Part shown: positions 24,631-37,521 of the stretch, piece after piece
Layout of the letters: each line of letters begins with the position of its first letter
Numbering within the stretch: the stretch's first letter is position 1
Assembly (NCBI GenBank): GCA_045837725.1
Contig: JBEWZL010000287.1
Span: forward strand, 62,001-126,000
From: Vermamoeba vermiformis
Lineage: Eukaryota
DNA: 64,000 nt
Direction: 5' to 3'
Made by a program: the position numbers and the translations under genes
Notes under the pieces: generated by a model
What the model was told of the DNA's origin: nothing
The model's input: the letters and a program-made list of their open reading frames with translations, nothing else
Database searches by the model: none

Positions 24631-25389
24631 TTATACGGCGCAATACTGGAAATTTGCGTACGTGCGCTGGTCAACTTGCGCCGAAGCACCAGGAGGTACA
24701 TTGAAGTACAAGTAACTACCGTCTTCGAAATGAAATGCAATCCAAAATCCTTTTGATTGTATCATATTTGTGCCGGTGGTAGTTAATGATTCGGTTGTGC
24801 AGGATAAGTACGGTGGACTAGTTCTATATTTGCTCGAGAACAGATCGTTGGCGGGAGAATCGGTCCAGAAATCTGCATAACTAATCGAGACGTTGAAGTT
24901 AAGTGAGCCATCGTCGCTTGTGCCTTTTTATTGGAAATTAGACATCAGTCATTATTGATTTTTATAAATTACCGTTTAGCGAAACATCGTAAAAAGTCGC
25001 CAATTTGAAGTCAGCGGAAATTCGAAGACCTAAAGGCGGGAAAGTTCCGGTCGCATAAAGTGAGTAAATGTTGCCGGTCCATGAATCGTTCAATGCAGCT
25101 CTGAAGACCGAAGTCCTGGCTTCATTATTGTCTGTTTCACAATAAATTAGAGAAAGCCCCACTGAAATCAAAATGGCTTACTTTGTAGCTCTAAATTTCG
25201 TCCGAACAAAATTAAATTCCATCGGTGTTGCTGGTTATCATAAACGGACTCAGATCTGTCCGTTGGCCACGACAAATATTGGTACTCGTTCAAAGAGACA
25301 GTCGTACCGGGCTGTTGAGCTTTGCAAATGGCCACCGCTAGTAAGAGCAAAAAAACAGATCGGATTTGTTGGAATCCTTTCATTTTCAT
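24631..25389 (-). CDS. Small secreted protein, type A copy 2 (two introns)
   Basis: Signal peptide. Exons splice in frame to ...GFWIAFHFEDGSYLYFNVPPGASAQVDQRTYANFQYCAV*. Confidence 0.85.
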
Positions 25390-25807
25390 TATCGTTGTGC
25401 ATGTAAATTCTACGCTCTTTTAATTCTTCCTTTCTTTACTAATCAAGTTATGTACCTACTTTGTTAACTAACGACGTGTTTTCCACGGAATAAACGGTGT
25501 TTTGTTTTTATCAGAGCCGTGCAATCACGAACTCAAAAGAAGAATGTTATTTTACTATGATGCGATTGCAAGTTACTGGTAAGGTAGTCTCAAATTTCTG
25601 AGCGTTAAAATCTATAATTCCGATTAGAAATATTTACTAAATTCCTTCGCTCTACTTTTTCAATTCTGCTAATAGCTATAATTTATAGGCAATAAAAGGG
25701 AATTTTTGCTGTTTTTTTGGGTATTTCATAGTGCAGATAAACCACAAACGTAAAAACGGATTCGTTTGCCTACCTTCTCGATACATACGCATCAAATGAT
25801 TATTATC

Positions 25808-26635
25808 ATGAAATACGCTATAATATTACTAGTGTTGTTTTGTTTGCGAGATTGTTATTGCAATAATCTTGATCCGTGTTCGAATCCAGCGAATTCCGAC
25901 TTGATTGTGCCCTTCCGAGAAGTTTCAAGCACTTATTCAAGCACATATACCTATTATCGCCAGAATATGCACATGTATGACAGCACCAATTGCTATTTGT
26001 TCAGCGCAAGTTGGTTAAACGACTACCAGCGAGAAGAAAGTACGTAATTACAAAAAAATTCAAAATTTTAACGCAATTAGGCAATCAACTTCCTTCGTCG
26101 ACCATTGGACTTGCTGGTTCGCTGCAAAATACGTGCAATGAAACTTTAATTATTCCATCGATTTCCATATACGAATCATTCAACGCAACAACGCTTACCT
26201 TCGCAAATAAATACTTGACTTCTGCTACAATTGGGCCAGCGCAGTTTTGTAAGTTCTTTAAGGCCTCGGAATCAAGAACTAACGAGACGAATAGCCTCTC
26301 AAATCGTCAACATTAGTATCACTGCTGCCGTTTTTAGCACCAATGCCACAACTCCTTCAGACGAATATCAGACAGACGAGCTTATTACGTACGACGATTC
26401 GCCGTGCACTGTCAGAATTCGAACAGATAACCTTAGGCAATACTCAATTTATACCCAAAACTTTCCTGTTGATATGGTACTCGCCGACGGAACGCGGCTA
26501 CACTTCACCTTCCCATCAGGCATAGAGGGCACAGCATTCTTATACCAAACCAAGCGATATTATAGTCAATGTACCTGCGCTCAGTCGCAAGCGAATATGT
26601 CAAGTTCCACCGAACAATACAGATTTACTCCTTGA
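25808..26635 (+). CDS. Small secreted protein, type B copy 2 (two introns)
   Basis: MKYAIILLVLFCLRDCYCNNLDPCSNP. Same intron layout and motifs as B1. Confidence 0.85.
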
Positions 26636-26788
26636 TTAATTTTGTAGACTACATTTAAACGAAGTTCTTGTTAACTTACCGAAATCGTTTTATTCACAAA
26701 CCGAACCACAGCCGGTCCCATCAGTTAACCATAAAATTTCTCTTTTTTATTTCCGGAAAAAGCCAGCAACTACACCACACAGCAAAAT

Positions 26789-29700
26789 ATGACTTCAATA
26801 GATCTAAAGCGAAAGTTTGATGATATTTCAGCAACAAACGATTCGGATGAAGCAACACAACCTCAAACAAAAAAACAAAAACTCGATCTGACAGCCAACG
26901 ACCAAAAATCTCCAAAAAATAATAAAAATAATGATAATGCCGCTGAAAATATTACAGAACAAATAGAACTTCCACCAGAAATTTTAGTGTCAATATTTTG
27001 TCAACTTTCGCGTGCAGATCTTTCTCGTGCAGGAGCCGTTTGTCAGCATTGGTGGCTTGTGTCGAAAGATGAATCGTTATCGTGGCACCTGATTAGTCAA
27101 GTCCTTTTCCATGATAACGATCCACACACGTATACAGAGTATACTGGTGAGGAACTTGTTGATCCGCATCTTTAATTGATTAACCGTTTGCTGAAGGCAA
27201 TCATGAAATGACCCGAAGCAAGTTGTATCCCAACGCAGGACCCCCAGTGACAGTCAAGTCATTTGAGTTTGCATGCGGGACGTATTTCGCAATCGTAAGT
27301 GTATTAAACCGAAAAAAAAAGCTGATTTTTTCATACAATCATGAACTTTTGCCTGACGGAAAAAATTATTATGCATCTTCTGATAAATTGTAAAGCTCGC
27401 TGACAAACAAGGGAATACCGCGGCGATAGCTCGCAACCAAAGTTCTTTCGATAAGCCACTAGCGATGGAAGCGCCTAAAAAAACAGATTGCTACCGATTG
27501 CTTTTGGAGCGTGATGCAATTGCAGGAACAGGAATAGTGAAGTGTTTTATATCCACTGAAGTTAATTTATCGAAGTACGGATAAAAGTTTACACATATAT
27601 ATGATTAATAATTGTATAATAGATTGGAGCAAAAAATAAGAGCAGGTGATCAGATTACAGAGATCGGATTATTAAAAAAAAAAGTGCTTGCCAAACTTGA
27701 TGCAAAGTTCGCCATGCACCCACCTATTGAGGATTACTTCTCGCCAAAGGAATCTTATTTACCTACCGTACGTAGGCATGCAGCACTTGAATATTGAATA
27801 ATATTCGCGTTACTAGGTTCTTCCAGTCATCGCCGAACAGCCTCAATCGTTGACAGGTGTCAAATTGCACAACTATCAAATCAATGCAATCAATTGGATG
27901 GTCACTACCGAACAAGAAGCTGATACGAGTAAGTGATCAATATAAGTCTCAACAAGATAACCATCCATAACACACTTTGTATCTTGACAGAGTTCGAAGT
28001 GTCTCCACTTATTCAGACAGAAATGCCTAAAATCCTATTGAAGTATACACCAAAAGAAGAGAAGCTCGTGTTGCTTGAGAACGCAAGTGAACACAACTTG
28101 CAGTTCAAACCGAAAGGCGGAGTGCTTGCCGATGAAATGGGCCTTGGCAAGACTGTTGAAATGCTTGGCTTGATACTTTCAAATCCGATGAAACAAGTGC
28201 CAAAGAGCGATCCTTACTTTGCAACAAAAGCAACCCTTGGTAAGTACTCACTTAGCCGTTCTAAGACAAACACTGCTGACATACATTTGCAGTGCTGTGT
28301 CCGAACCATCTCGTTGACCAATGGGTGAATGAAGTTGAAAAGCATTCGGAACCAAAGTTGAGCGTGATTACAATAACAACGATTGCGCAAGTCAAGAAGA
28401 TCACTTATCAACAAATCATTGATGCTGGTAAGATAGCAGTTACTTGAAATTACATTTGATGACCTTAATCCGTTCGTTAGATGTTGTTGTCGTGACATAC
28501 AACTTGCTCAAAAACAAAAACTATCTTGCATACCCCAACAACAGCTCACAATTCAAAATGGATGCACCACACGATCGTATTGCTCGCGTCAATAAAATGC
28601 TTGTAGAACTGAAAGACAAGGCACCAGAGAAGATCAAAGGAGTGATTCTCGAGCATTTTCATTGGCACCGCATTGTCATGGACGAGGGTCACGAAGTCAT
28701 TGGAGACGAGTTCATGATGGGTATGCACTTTCCTAATTTGGTAATATTGTTCAATCGAATTTAACTGATGTTCATAGATGTGATTTATTATTTGCAACGA
28801 ACGTTCTCGTGGTACATGAGTGGCACTCCTTTTCCTACATTGTACGTCGCACCATTAGTTAGTCGGACATCAATACTAATTGTTCTGCTCTTCCATAGAG
28901 AGGCAGTATTCGGAGTGAGAACGTTTTTGGACATGTTCGTCAAGCGCACCATGCCTTGGAATTTCCACGCTATTCATAATCAAAATTTTTTGAGGAACAA
29001 TTGGATTAGCCTCCCTTATGATCGGCTTAAGGGCTAGAGTAAGAAACTACAGAGGTGATTCTAACTTTGCAATTCAATCTAACGACTCTGTTTATTTAAA
29101 TAGGAGTCTGTTGAATCAGTTATTGATGGATAACTTGGTTTGGCGCAATACGAAAGTAAGATCTATCGGCAGAACCTTTGTTGATTGGCAGTCAGACAGT
29201 TATTCATTATTGTTTCTTAACATTAGGAAAGTGTCAGTGAAGAGTATCAAATGGTTGTGACCAAGCCTGAAGTCGTGTTATTAGATTTTACTCCGATTGA
29301 AGCAGCAATCTATGAAGAACTTCAGAAAATCCGTTACTGTATTCTTAAGGGCTGCAAAGATCCAGTTCGTGAACTATGTTGCAAGTTAAACTACGACTGG
29401 GGAAGCACTTTGCATGAAATGAGAGAGTTCATGATCAAAAAGAAACTCAATGACATTTCGTTTCAAAACCAATGCATCGACAATCACAAAGCTGCCAAAA
29501 TCACGCATGAGAACACGGCCAAACTACCATCAACCTTGTTCAATACTTGGCAACTGCAAACGGCAACTCGTTTCTTGGCGGACTATCAAATGAACCTTGA
29601 TGCACTCGAAAAGACGTTAGAGGGACATAAACAAGTTCTGAAATCGTTCCAAGATATCGTAAGTACTTTGATGTTACTATAAACGGGAATAATGCTAACG

Positions 29701-30514
29701 TAAAGATTATCAACTAGAAACCACAAGACACGTCAAAGATTAAATACGTAGGCGACCGAATTTTACCAATTTTATTCGGATCGGCGAAAACTAACGATCT
29801 TGTCTTCAGAACACCAAAGACTACTGGATCGAGAACTACGGTACCAAAATGGCAAGTTTGGTCGGGTACCTTCAGACTCTGTTTGACAAAGAGCCTGGAA
29901 CGCGTGTGATCATCTTCTCGCAGTTCACTGACTATCTCGACATGATCGCTGCGTTGTTGGAGGAGAATAACATCAATTCAAGCGTGCTTGAAGGGTAAGC
30001 AATCATTCAAATAAGTCCGACATACCGCCAAATCTCGCGTCATATCACTTAACTAACTAACTCTCGATGTCTCAGCAACGTGTACAAGAAGAGCAAAGCA
30101 CTCAAGAAGTTCAAAGCTGACGAGTCAGACGTGCAAGTGATTCTTTTGAGCTTGAGCAAATCTGCGTCAGGAACCAACTTGATCGAAGCGAGTCACGTGC
30201 TCTTGATGGGTATGAAATTTCATTAGCCAATCATGTTGCAGTCCTCTAATGCTATGACGATAGATCCAATGACGGGCACAAAAGAAGAAGCACAAGCGTA
30301 CGAGAATCAAGCAATTGGACGAGCACAACGACAAGGTCAAACCAAGCCAGTGACAGTGGTGCGCTTTGTGATCAAAAACACGATTGAACACGAGTTCTAT
30401 GTTCGCAACACTGGCACAAAGCAGCACGGTCAAGTCATGTTGAACAGAAGTAACTCAAAGCTCGTTCGAAGTAGCAGCTTTGGTACTTTGATTGCAAATA
30501 ACAATAACAATTAA
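26789..30514 (+). CDS. F-box + SNF2-family helicase, copy 2 (complete span, possible frameshift near 29035)
   Basis: F-box, GGVLADEMGLGKT, MDEGH, YGTKMASLV...VIIFSQF, SASGTNLIEASHV, ENQAIGRAQRQGQTKPVTVVRFVIKNTIE. No RING finger seen. Confidence 0.88.
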
Positions 30515-30589
30515 TAGATCTTTCAACAATTAATTCAACTTTCAACTATTAAATCGGCTTTTATCCCAAGACACTTTCAATTAATCACG

Positions 30590-32301
30590 TTATAATTTAC
30601 GTTCGGTTTTGATCGCAGCTAATTCTTCGCGCAACAATTTAGCCAATCTGCTCAAGGCTTCGTCAATATCTGCCTCCGAAGCTGTTGAGAATGCAGCACG
30701 AACATAAGGGGAAGGCTAAACACGAAAATTAATCACTATAATAACGATATGTATTTATTAACTTACCGCGTTATTCGGCGAGAAAACTTTGCCCGGGACC
30801 ATGACGACTTTTGCGGTAATGGCTTTTTCTTTGATTAAATTCTCCGTGTCGGAAATTCCGTTCAATTTGAACCAGATGAACATGCCAGCAGATGGCGGGG
30901 ACCATTCAGCCAATCCGGTCAAATGTTTCTCCGCTGCTTTCAACGTAACATCGCGCTTGTGGCTGTAAAAATCTTTGACTTTTTGAATATGACGCTTGAA
31001 GCCATCAATGCCCCATTGATCCAACAGCTTGTACACGAGCATTTGAGTCAATCCTGACGCGTGCAAATTGGTTGCTTGTTGATGGAACTCGAGTCTGTTG
31101 ATCAATGCTGAGGGGCCTGTTACCCACCCTAATCTCAAGCCAGACGACAATATTTTGCTGACCGAGTCAGTGCGCACGACACGACCGTCCACGTCCATTG
31201 AAAAGAAGCTCTTAAGGTCCGCATCTTCGTTAGCCTCTTGGCCCGGCAGAGGGTTCAATCTGAGGTACCAGTAAGGGTCATCTTCGATGATCAAAAAGTC
31301 GTGCTTTTGAGCGATAGCGTAAATTTTCTCTCTTCGTGCGTTGTTTAAAGTCGCGCCAGATGGATTTTGGCCCGTAGGAATTGTGTATAAAACTTTTGGT
31401 TTGTTAACACCTGGAAATTTCGTTGGAAAATTGTTGAGCAAGGCGTCTAATTCTTCGGGAATAATGCCGTGACCGTCTAATGGCACCTCTATTAATTTGA
31501 GACCCCATGGACGCAATGCGGACAAAGCACCACTAAACAAAAATTAGATCTTGCTCTAAAACACTATAATTATAATTGTCAAATAATACGATTAAATGCC
31601 ATTATAATTTGCAATACTATTGTTATGATTTTGTAGGAATTTTATCGGATCTACTTGCCTGTAGGTTGGGCTTTCCACGAGTAACGGATCATTCTCATCT
31701 AAAAACAGCTCAAATAGCTTAGCAAGACCGTCTTGACTGCCACCAAAAACACAAATCGACCAATCAGCGTCTTGCGCGGGAGGTTTATGATCGTGCTTCA
31801 TTAAATCGCGGAGTTTTGAGACAACTTCGGGGATGCCGGTCTAAAAAGGGATTAGACTCTAACCTCTCGCGCAAATGTTCAAAACAACTTGTATTAATAT
31901 TAAGATAGCGCTACTTACTGAAGGGCTATATTGTAAAGCGAGATCCAGATGGTGTCCTTCAAGTTCGATAGTTTCTCCCGTCTTCAACTTGGCTTGCACG
32001 CTTTGAAAAGGAAATAATTGTGCATTAGGCAAGCCACCTCCTAAACTCAACTGCATAATATTATTAGATTTTTGTAATTAATTGAAGTGATTTCACAACG
32101 GCTAAATTGGAACTCGATCTCGTAAAGCAATTATGCATATTAATTCATTTATATCATTTCCATTAATTATTTTGTAATTACCATGCCGGGAATGCGAAAC
32201 AACGGAGTCAAAGCACGGATGGCGGAGGGTTCACGCTTCAACGCAATGCGCGAGAAGTATTTCGTGTAATTGGTGATTTTAGTGAGTGATTGTGCAGCCA
32301 T
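30590..32301 (-). CDS. AADAT: Kynurenine/alpha-aminoadipate aminotransferase (class I PLP-dependent)
   Basis: REPSAIR, LSLGGGLPN, YTIPTGQNPSG, IIEDDPY, DSVSKILSSGLRLGW (PLP Lys), YVRAAFS. Confidence 0.9.
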
Positions 32302-32405
32302 TATAATATATTAAATATATTTTTGCTTTAGTGGTGTGCAAATCAGGTAGACATAACGTATATCATTTTCAAAAAAATCAAAATCTAACTACCACACTAG
32401 TGTGC

Positions 32406-33615
32406 ATGGAGGCACAATCTAATAGCAATCAAGATGTCCCTAGTAATAATAGTGGTATAATCAGCTACGCAGATCTTTTGCCAAAGGAGTTATGGTTTTC
32501 CATCTTATTATACACGGAAGAAAAAGCGTCAGCACGCCTCGCTCGCACGTGCAAAAAATTCAATGATATCGTAAGTAATTATTTAGATATTAATCAGCTA
32601 TTTTATTTCATTACAAAGCAAGATCTAGATGAGAAATGAAGCAGAAATGCTTACTTTGCTTTAAATTTGCTCGACTAACATTACTTATAATTTTATTAAT
32701 AGATGAAGAGCGTTGAAAATGATTGTAAAGCCAAATGCAAGGCGCTGGATCTTGGTCGTTCAGTAGATGGCTTAAAACTCTTATTTGATTGGCAAGACAT
32801 ATATTATTGCGATAGACCACCCATGGAGTACGTACTAATAGAGTATTTAATTCATTTAATTCATTGGAACTGATTTTAATTTTTTTTGACATCCAGCTTC
32901 AGTTCGCAAGCTAGATTCAGCTGGAAGACGCTATATAAATCATGGCTTAAATATATCGCTGAAATTAAGCGCTTTCCTACGCAAACCAGCGCATATTATG
33001 TGACATTAATGAACTGTAACGCGCGACGATTTTCTACTCTGCGTTGCACGGACAACTATCATTATCTTTATGTGGGCATGAAAGGAGATTACAATAGTAT
33101 GTATATTATTATCATATTCATATTCTTTTGAAGTCTAATTTGAACGCGTTCGGAATCTAACCTTTTTATGTAGATGGCACGGAAGTTGCTATTTGCAAAT
33201 TAGAAGATGGGGAGTATTATTTGGGACTATCAAACAGAAGTGACTATGACTTATATGAGCTTTATGCAAGCTTTGAAAGAGAATTTACCGATCCAGATTT
33301 GAACAAACTTTTGATCCGTGCTTTCAAAGACGTATATTATGCATTCCCTGATATGTGCACAACAGAACTACTATCAATTCCTGGAATAGATATATTATTC
33401 ATCAAGCACGTCTTTATCTACCACTTTGAGCGAAACACGCGATCACAAAGCTACATCCGCAAACAACAAAAATTGGTAGCGATCCCAAGTAAGTTAATTA
33501 AATACTATAGTCATTCATATATTATGTTATGAATATTTCACCAGCTCAATTGCAGGAAAATCATTTTTTAAAGCAATTTTCGTTGGATCCAAAACTAACT
33601 CGAATTAACCTTTAA
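32406..33615 (+). CDS. F-box protein, multi-exon
   Basis: LLPKELWFSILLYT...LARTCKKFNDI, followed by SWKTLYKSW and further exons. Confidence 0.7.
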
Positions 33616-34104
33616 TTTTAATGCTGAAATAATGCTTATTTAATTGTTAAATAACTATTATAATTATAGAAAAGAAAATTAAATGCTCAGAAGTCGGTTG
33701 CAAACAGAGCGCAAGTCACAGCTGCGCAAGTGTCAAATGCTCGAAGCATTGTACCTGTCCCAATCATAAGCACAAGCATATTTAAGTGCAAAGGTAAATA
33801 TAAGGACCATATTTAAATATTATGACCATTTGCGGCATTCATGTTTATTAGTTTAAACGAGATTGAACCAAAATTAAATTCTGCTGCAGATGTGGCCTGA
33901 AAATTGTTTTAGCCAAATTGCTTATCAACCCCAATAAGGCCTAATATATCATATTTCTCCTATAAACTGAATCAGACTATTAACCAAGGGAATCAGATCC
34001 ACTCGAGTGTCAAATTCCCAGGCACGTGTCTTGTTCGGAAACCTCTTTCGCACCAAATTGACATAACGACATTAACAACATTATTTATTGCAAGAGAAAC
34101 ACAT

Positions 34105-36585
34105 ATGCGTACTATAGTGATTTTAATCTCGGTGTTTCTCTTGCACTTTGGTCTTTTGGCTAGATGTGCCCTAGTTGCAGGTAAATTTGGTTTTGCGAAT
34201 AGATTTCCATATCCAATAGTATGTTAAAAATACTCACTCTTTTATATATTAGACCCAACATATAATACGGTGATCGCTAGTGGGCCGAACGCAGATTTGC
34301 TAAGCAACGTGAAGCTTCTGCCGAACGGAACGAACAGCTACTCGGTGTATTGGTACAACTATACTGCCTCGAGTATTTATCAAGGTGGTCCAGGCTATAT
34401 AAACGCGTTTTTAAGCATGGGACGGTGCTCGAGGTTCAATTTAGTTCCACATCCGACAAAACCGAATTCCGTCGTAATTGCTAGCGTTTTGCAACGTATG
34501 TAATCTTTATATTTAAAACCATATTAACGAGCATATTTAGCTTTAAACGCGGCCTCTTATACGGTCTATTGGGCCTACATAGAGAACGGCGCCGTCAACT
34601 TTTATCAAAATATTCCTGGCGTACCAACGATAACTGAACCAGGCCTCGCATTCGTCACTAATGATACCGTGGTATTGACTTATGACTCTAATAACCAAGT
34701 CAAGCGGAGGTAAGCCGAGGTCGTGTTCGGTTGCATCGGTCAAAGAAAATTTCAATCGAACCCACTGTCTGTCCCATTTCGAGTCCCACATTAATTTAAG
34801 AAATTACGCTTGGACTCACAATCCAATTTATTTTATTTGTTATTTTACATTACCATTGTGCAATGCTTAGTTATTAACCAAATTTTGTTTTTTTTTGGGC
34901 AGATCGACCAATCAGCTCTTAGCCACCAAGGGACTTTCGATGCTGAATACTACTACTGGTAGTTGGAGCAATACTCAATTGTATACTAGTGGCGTTGGGG
35001 ATCAAACCGGCGGATCTGTCAGTGCGATCAATGGGACCGGCAATTGGTTGGCTGTGTGGGACGATCAAGGCGGGAAAAACGTCATGGCCCAATTTGGCAA
35101 CGACCTTTCTCCATCAACATATGCGCAGATCTCGCCTTACGACGACACAACGCTGCACACTCCTGTCGTGGCTTATCCTTTCGTCGCGTACGTGGGCGCC
35201 ACAAACCAACTTTATGCAGCGTCTGTGGTGAGCTTTGACACTACGACGACGTACACTATGGGCATCGGATCCGAGCCGCACTTGTACGCGTCGAAAGGCA
35301 AGACCAACCTCATTGTGTTGAGCTACGTGCGTGCTCCGAACGAAGTCTGTATTCGTATGCAAAGCGTGCAATACACGAGCTTCTCAGATCCGGTTTGTTG
35401 GACTGAAACCGCATCCGTCACGAGACCATCTTCCATCGTACTTCCTAGTGGCTCTATTGTCGTGTCGTACTTGGCTTACACGCTTAACGTCGTGACTGTC
35501 AAGACGCAAGTGTTCAATGCCAAGTGCGGTGACGGCGTCATCGCGATGAACGAAGAATGTGACGGCGAACGAAACTGCTACACGAATTGCACCTGCAGGC
35601 CCGTGGACCAGAGAATTTTTGGTGCTGCGTATGGCTGTCCTTTTGGACCAAGCGGTATCAATCAGCCAATCGGAGAGATCATTTCCACCCCAGTCGCTGC
35701 TACCCCGTACCAAATTGTTCCGCAACCAACCACCACAACGTTGCCTCCTGACGTTGTTCCGCTTTTGGACTGCTATGTTTCAGTGAACAGCACCCACGTG
35801 CGCGGATATTTCTCGTACGAAAATCTCCGACAAGACACCGCGCAACTCCCGATCACTCTTTCGCCACCGGCTAATGCGTTCAGTCTGCAAAAGGATCGCG
35901 GTCAGCCAACGACTTTCACGCCCGGCAGATCACCGTACTTCCCAGCTAGTATATTTGCAGCCACGTGGGCCACAGAAACTATCACGTGGTACCTCACCGA
36001 TTACGAGCTGAATGTGGATCCGACCAACGCTTTGTACATCTGTCCACAAAGTAAGTCCTCGTTTTTATACACTACAGTACTGATAGTATTATTATAGACG
36101 TCTCTGTCGATATAGATGTCAATGTATCGAAGGTTCCCAATGCTACTGAACTGGCCGCCATTGGTGAACAGATCGCAGATCAACTCGGCGTAGATCCATC
36201 GCGCATTATTGTGACGATTGGTGCGGATAATAACGGCAGTGCTACGATCACTGTCACTATTATTGGTACGTCAATCCTACGTTATAATGCAATTTCTAAC
36301 AATTTATGAAAAGGTAGCGGATCGGATTCGCTCACTTCTGCTTTTGTGGCCGAAAAGCTCGTTGAAGTCATCAAAACAGCACCTAGCGAGTTAGAAGACA
36401 AAGTTAAAAACGTATTGCCTATTGAGATTAACCAAGGCAGTGTACGCGGCAAACCGGATTCGGTCACTGGTCAACGAGGTGAACTTTCAACGACGCCAAC
36501 AACACCAGAACAAATGTATAATTCAGCTATGAGTCTAAATCACTCATTGCTCCTAATTATAGGCTTATTTGTATTATTAAATTAG
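34105..36585 (+). CDS. Secreted/cell-surface protein with beta-rich region, Cys-rich CGDG..EECD repeat and hydrophobic C-terminal anchor
   Basis: Signal peptide MRTIVILISVFLL. CGDGVIAMNEECDGERNCYTNCTC, Thr/Pro linker, GYFSYEN...DRGQPTTFTPGR module, C-terminal SLLLIIGLFVLLN. Confidence 0.8.
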
Positions 36586-36872
36586 TAAAAATCCATCGTT
36601 TTATTGCACAAATCATATTTGTAAATTTGTCAAAATTAATTTCAAGGCGCGCACCTAGCGATCTAATTATGCAGTATATAAAGATTACCCGAATGTATCT
36701 TAGATTGCTAGGGAATTGTACACATTTCGCAAATGCGTAAATATTGGAAATATGATAAGCCGAATTTGGTAATTTGCCGTGCCTAGGCACGCGAGAGCAA
36801 TATTTTCGAAAAAAAAGGTTTCACTATTTTTCGCTTATAGTGTACGAAAAGCCCCCCTGTTAACCACCACAA

Positions 36873-37521
36873 ATGCTTCGCGCGATTTTAATCTCTTGCA
36901 TTATTGTCTCGGTTGTGTATTGCCAGACGAGTTGCTTTGTAAATGGGTGCACTTACAGCACCGCTACTGACCGCCGTAACAGCGCATCTATCGACATTAC
37001 CTTCGGATCTGACTTGAAATACTCTCCTGCCTGCGTCATTATTGACAATGGTACCATTGTGAACTTCAGTGGCTCATTTTCTGCTCACCCTCTTGCACCC
37101 GGTTCATACAGTAAGTCCCTTACAATTTTACGGATTTGACTTACAATGTTTTTTGGTCTTCAGGCTCGAACGGCGGTGAAAAACCTGATCCTAATAGCCC
37201 TATTCCCAGCACATCTACCGGTACTACTTTGGCCGTTACTTTCAATACGGATGGTGTTTACCCGTACTACTGCGATCTTCACGAAGCAGCCGGCATGATT
37301 GGTGTGATCTACGTTGGAACTCAATGCAATGGTCAGTCCTCGGACGCAGGTAATGCATTTGTAATGTCTCAGTCTTTGCTCCGATTTTTCTTTCATGAAT
37401 GAACAAGTATTTTCTTAGTTTCTAGTGGCACACGACTAATTAACTAACTGCTGATCCTAAAGGCGTTGCCATCCTGTCTTTGACTGCTGCTGCTGTTGCC
37501 GGTGTTGCCTCTCTTTTTTAA
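36873..37521 (+). CDS. Plastocyanin/azurin-like type-1 blue copper protein, secreted and probably GPI-anchored
   Basis: Signal peptide, FSAHPL (His ligand), YPYYCDLHEAAGMIGVIYV (Cys/His/Met ligands), C-terminal SSDAG plus hydrophobic tail. Confidence 0.88.
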
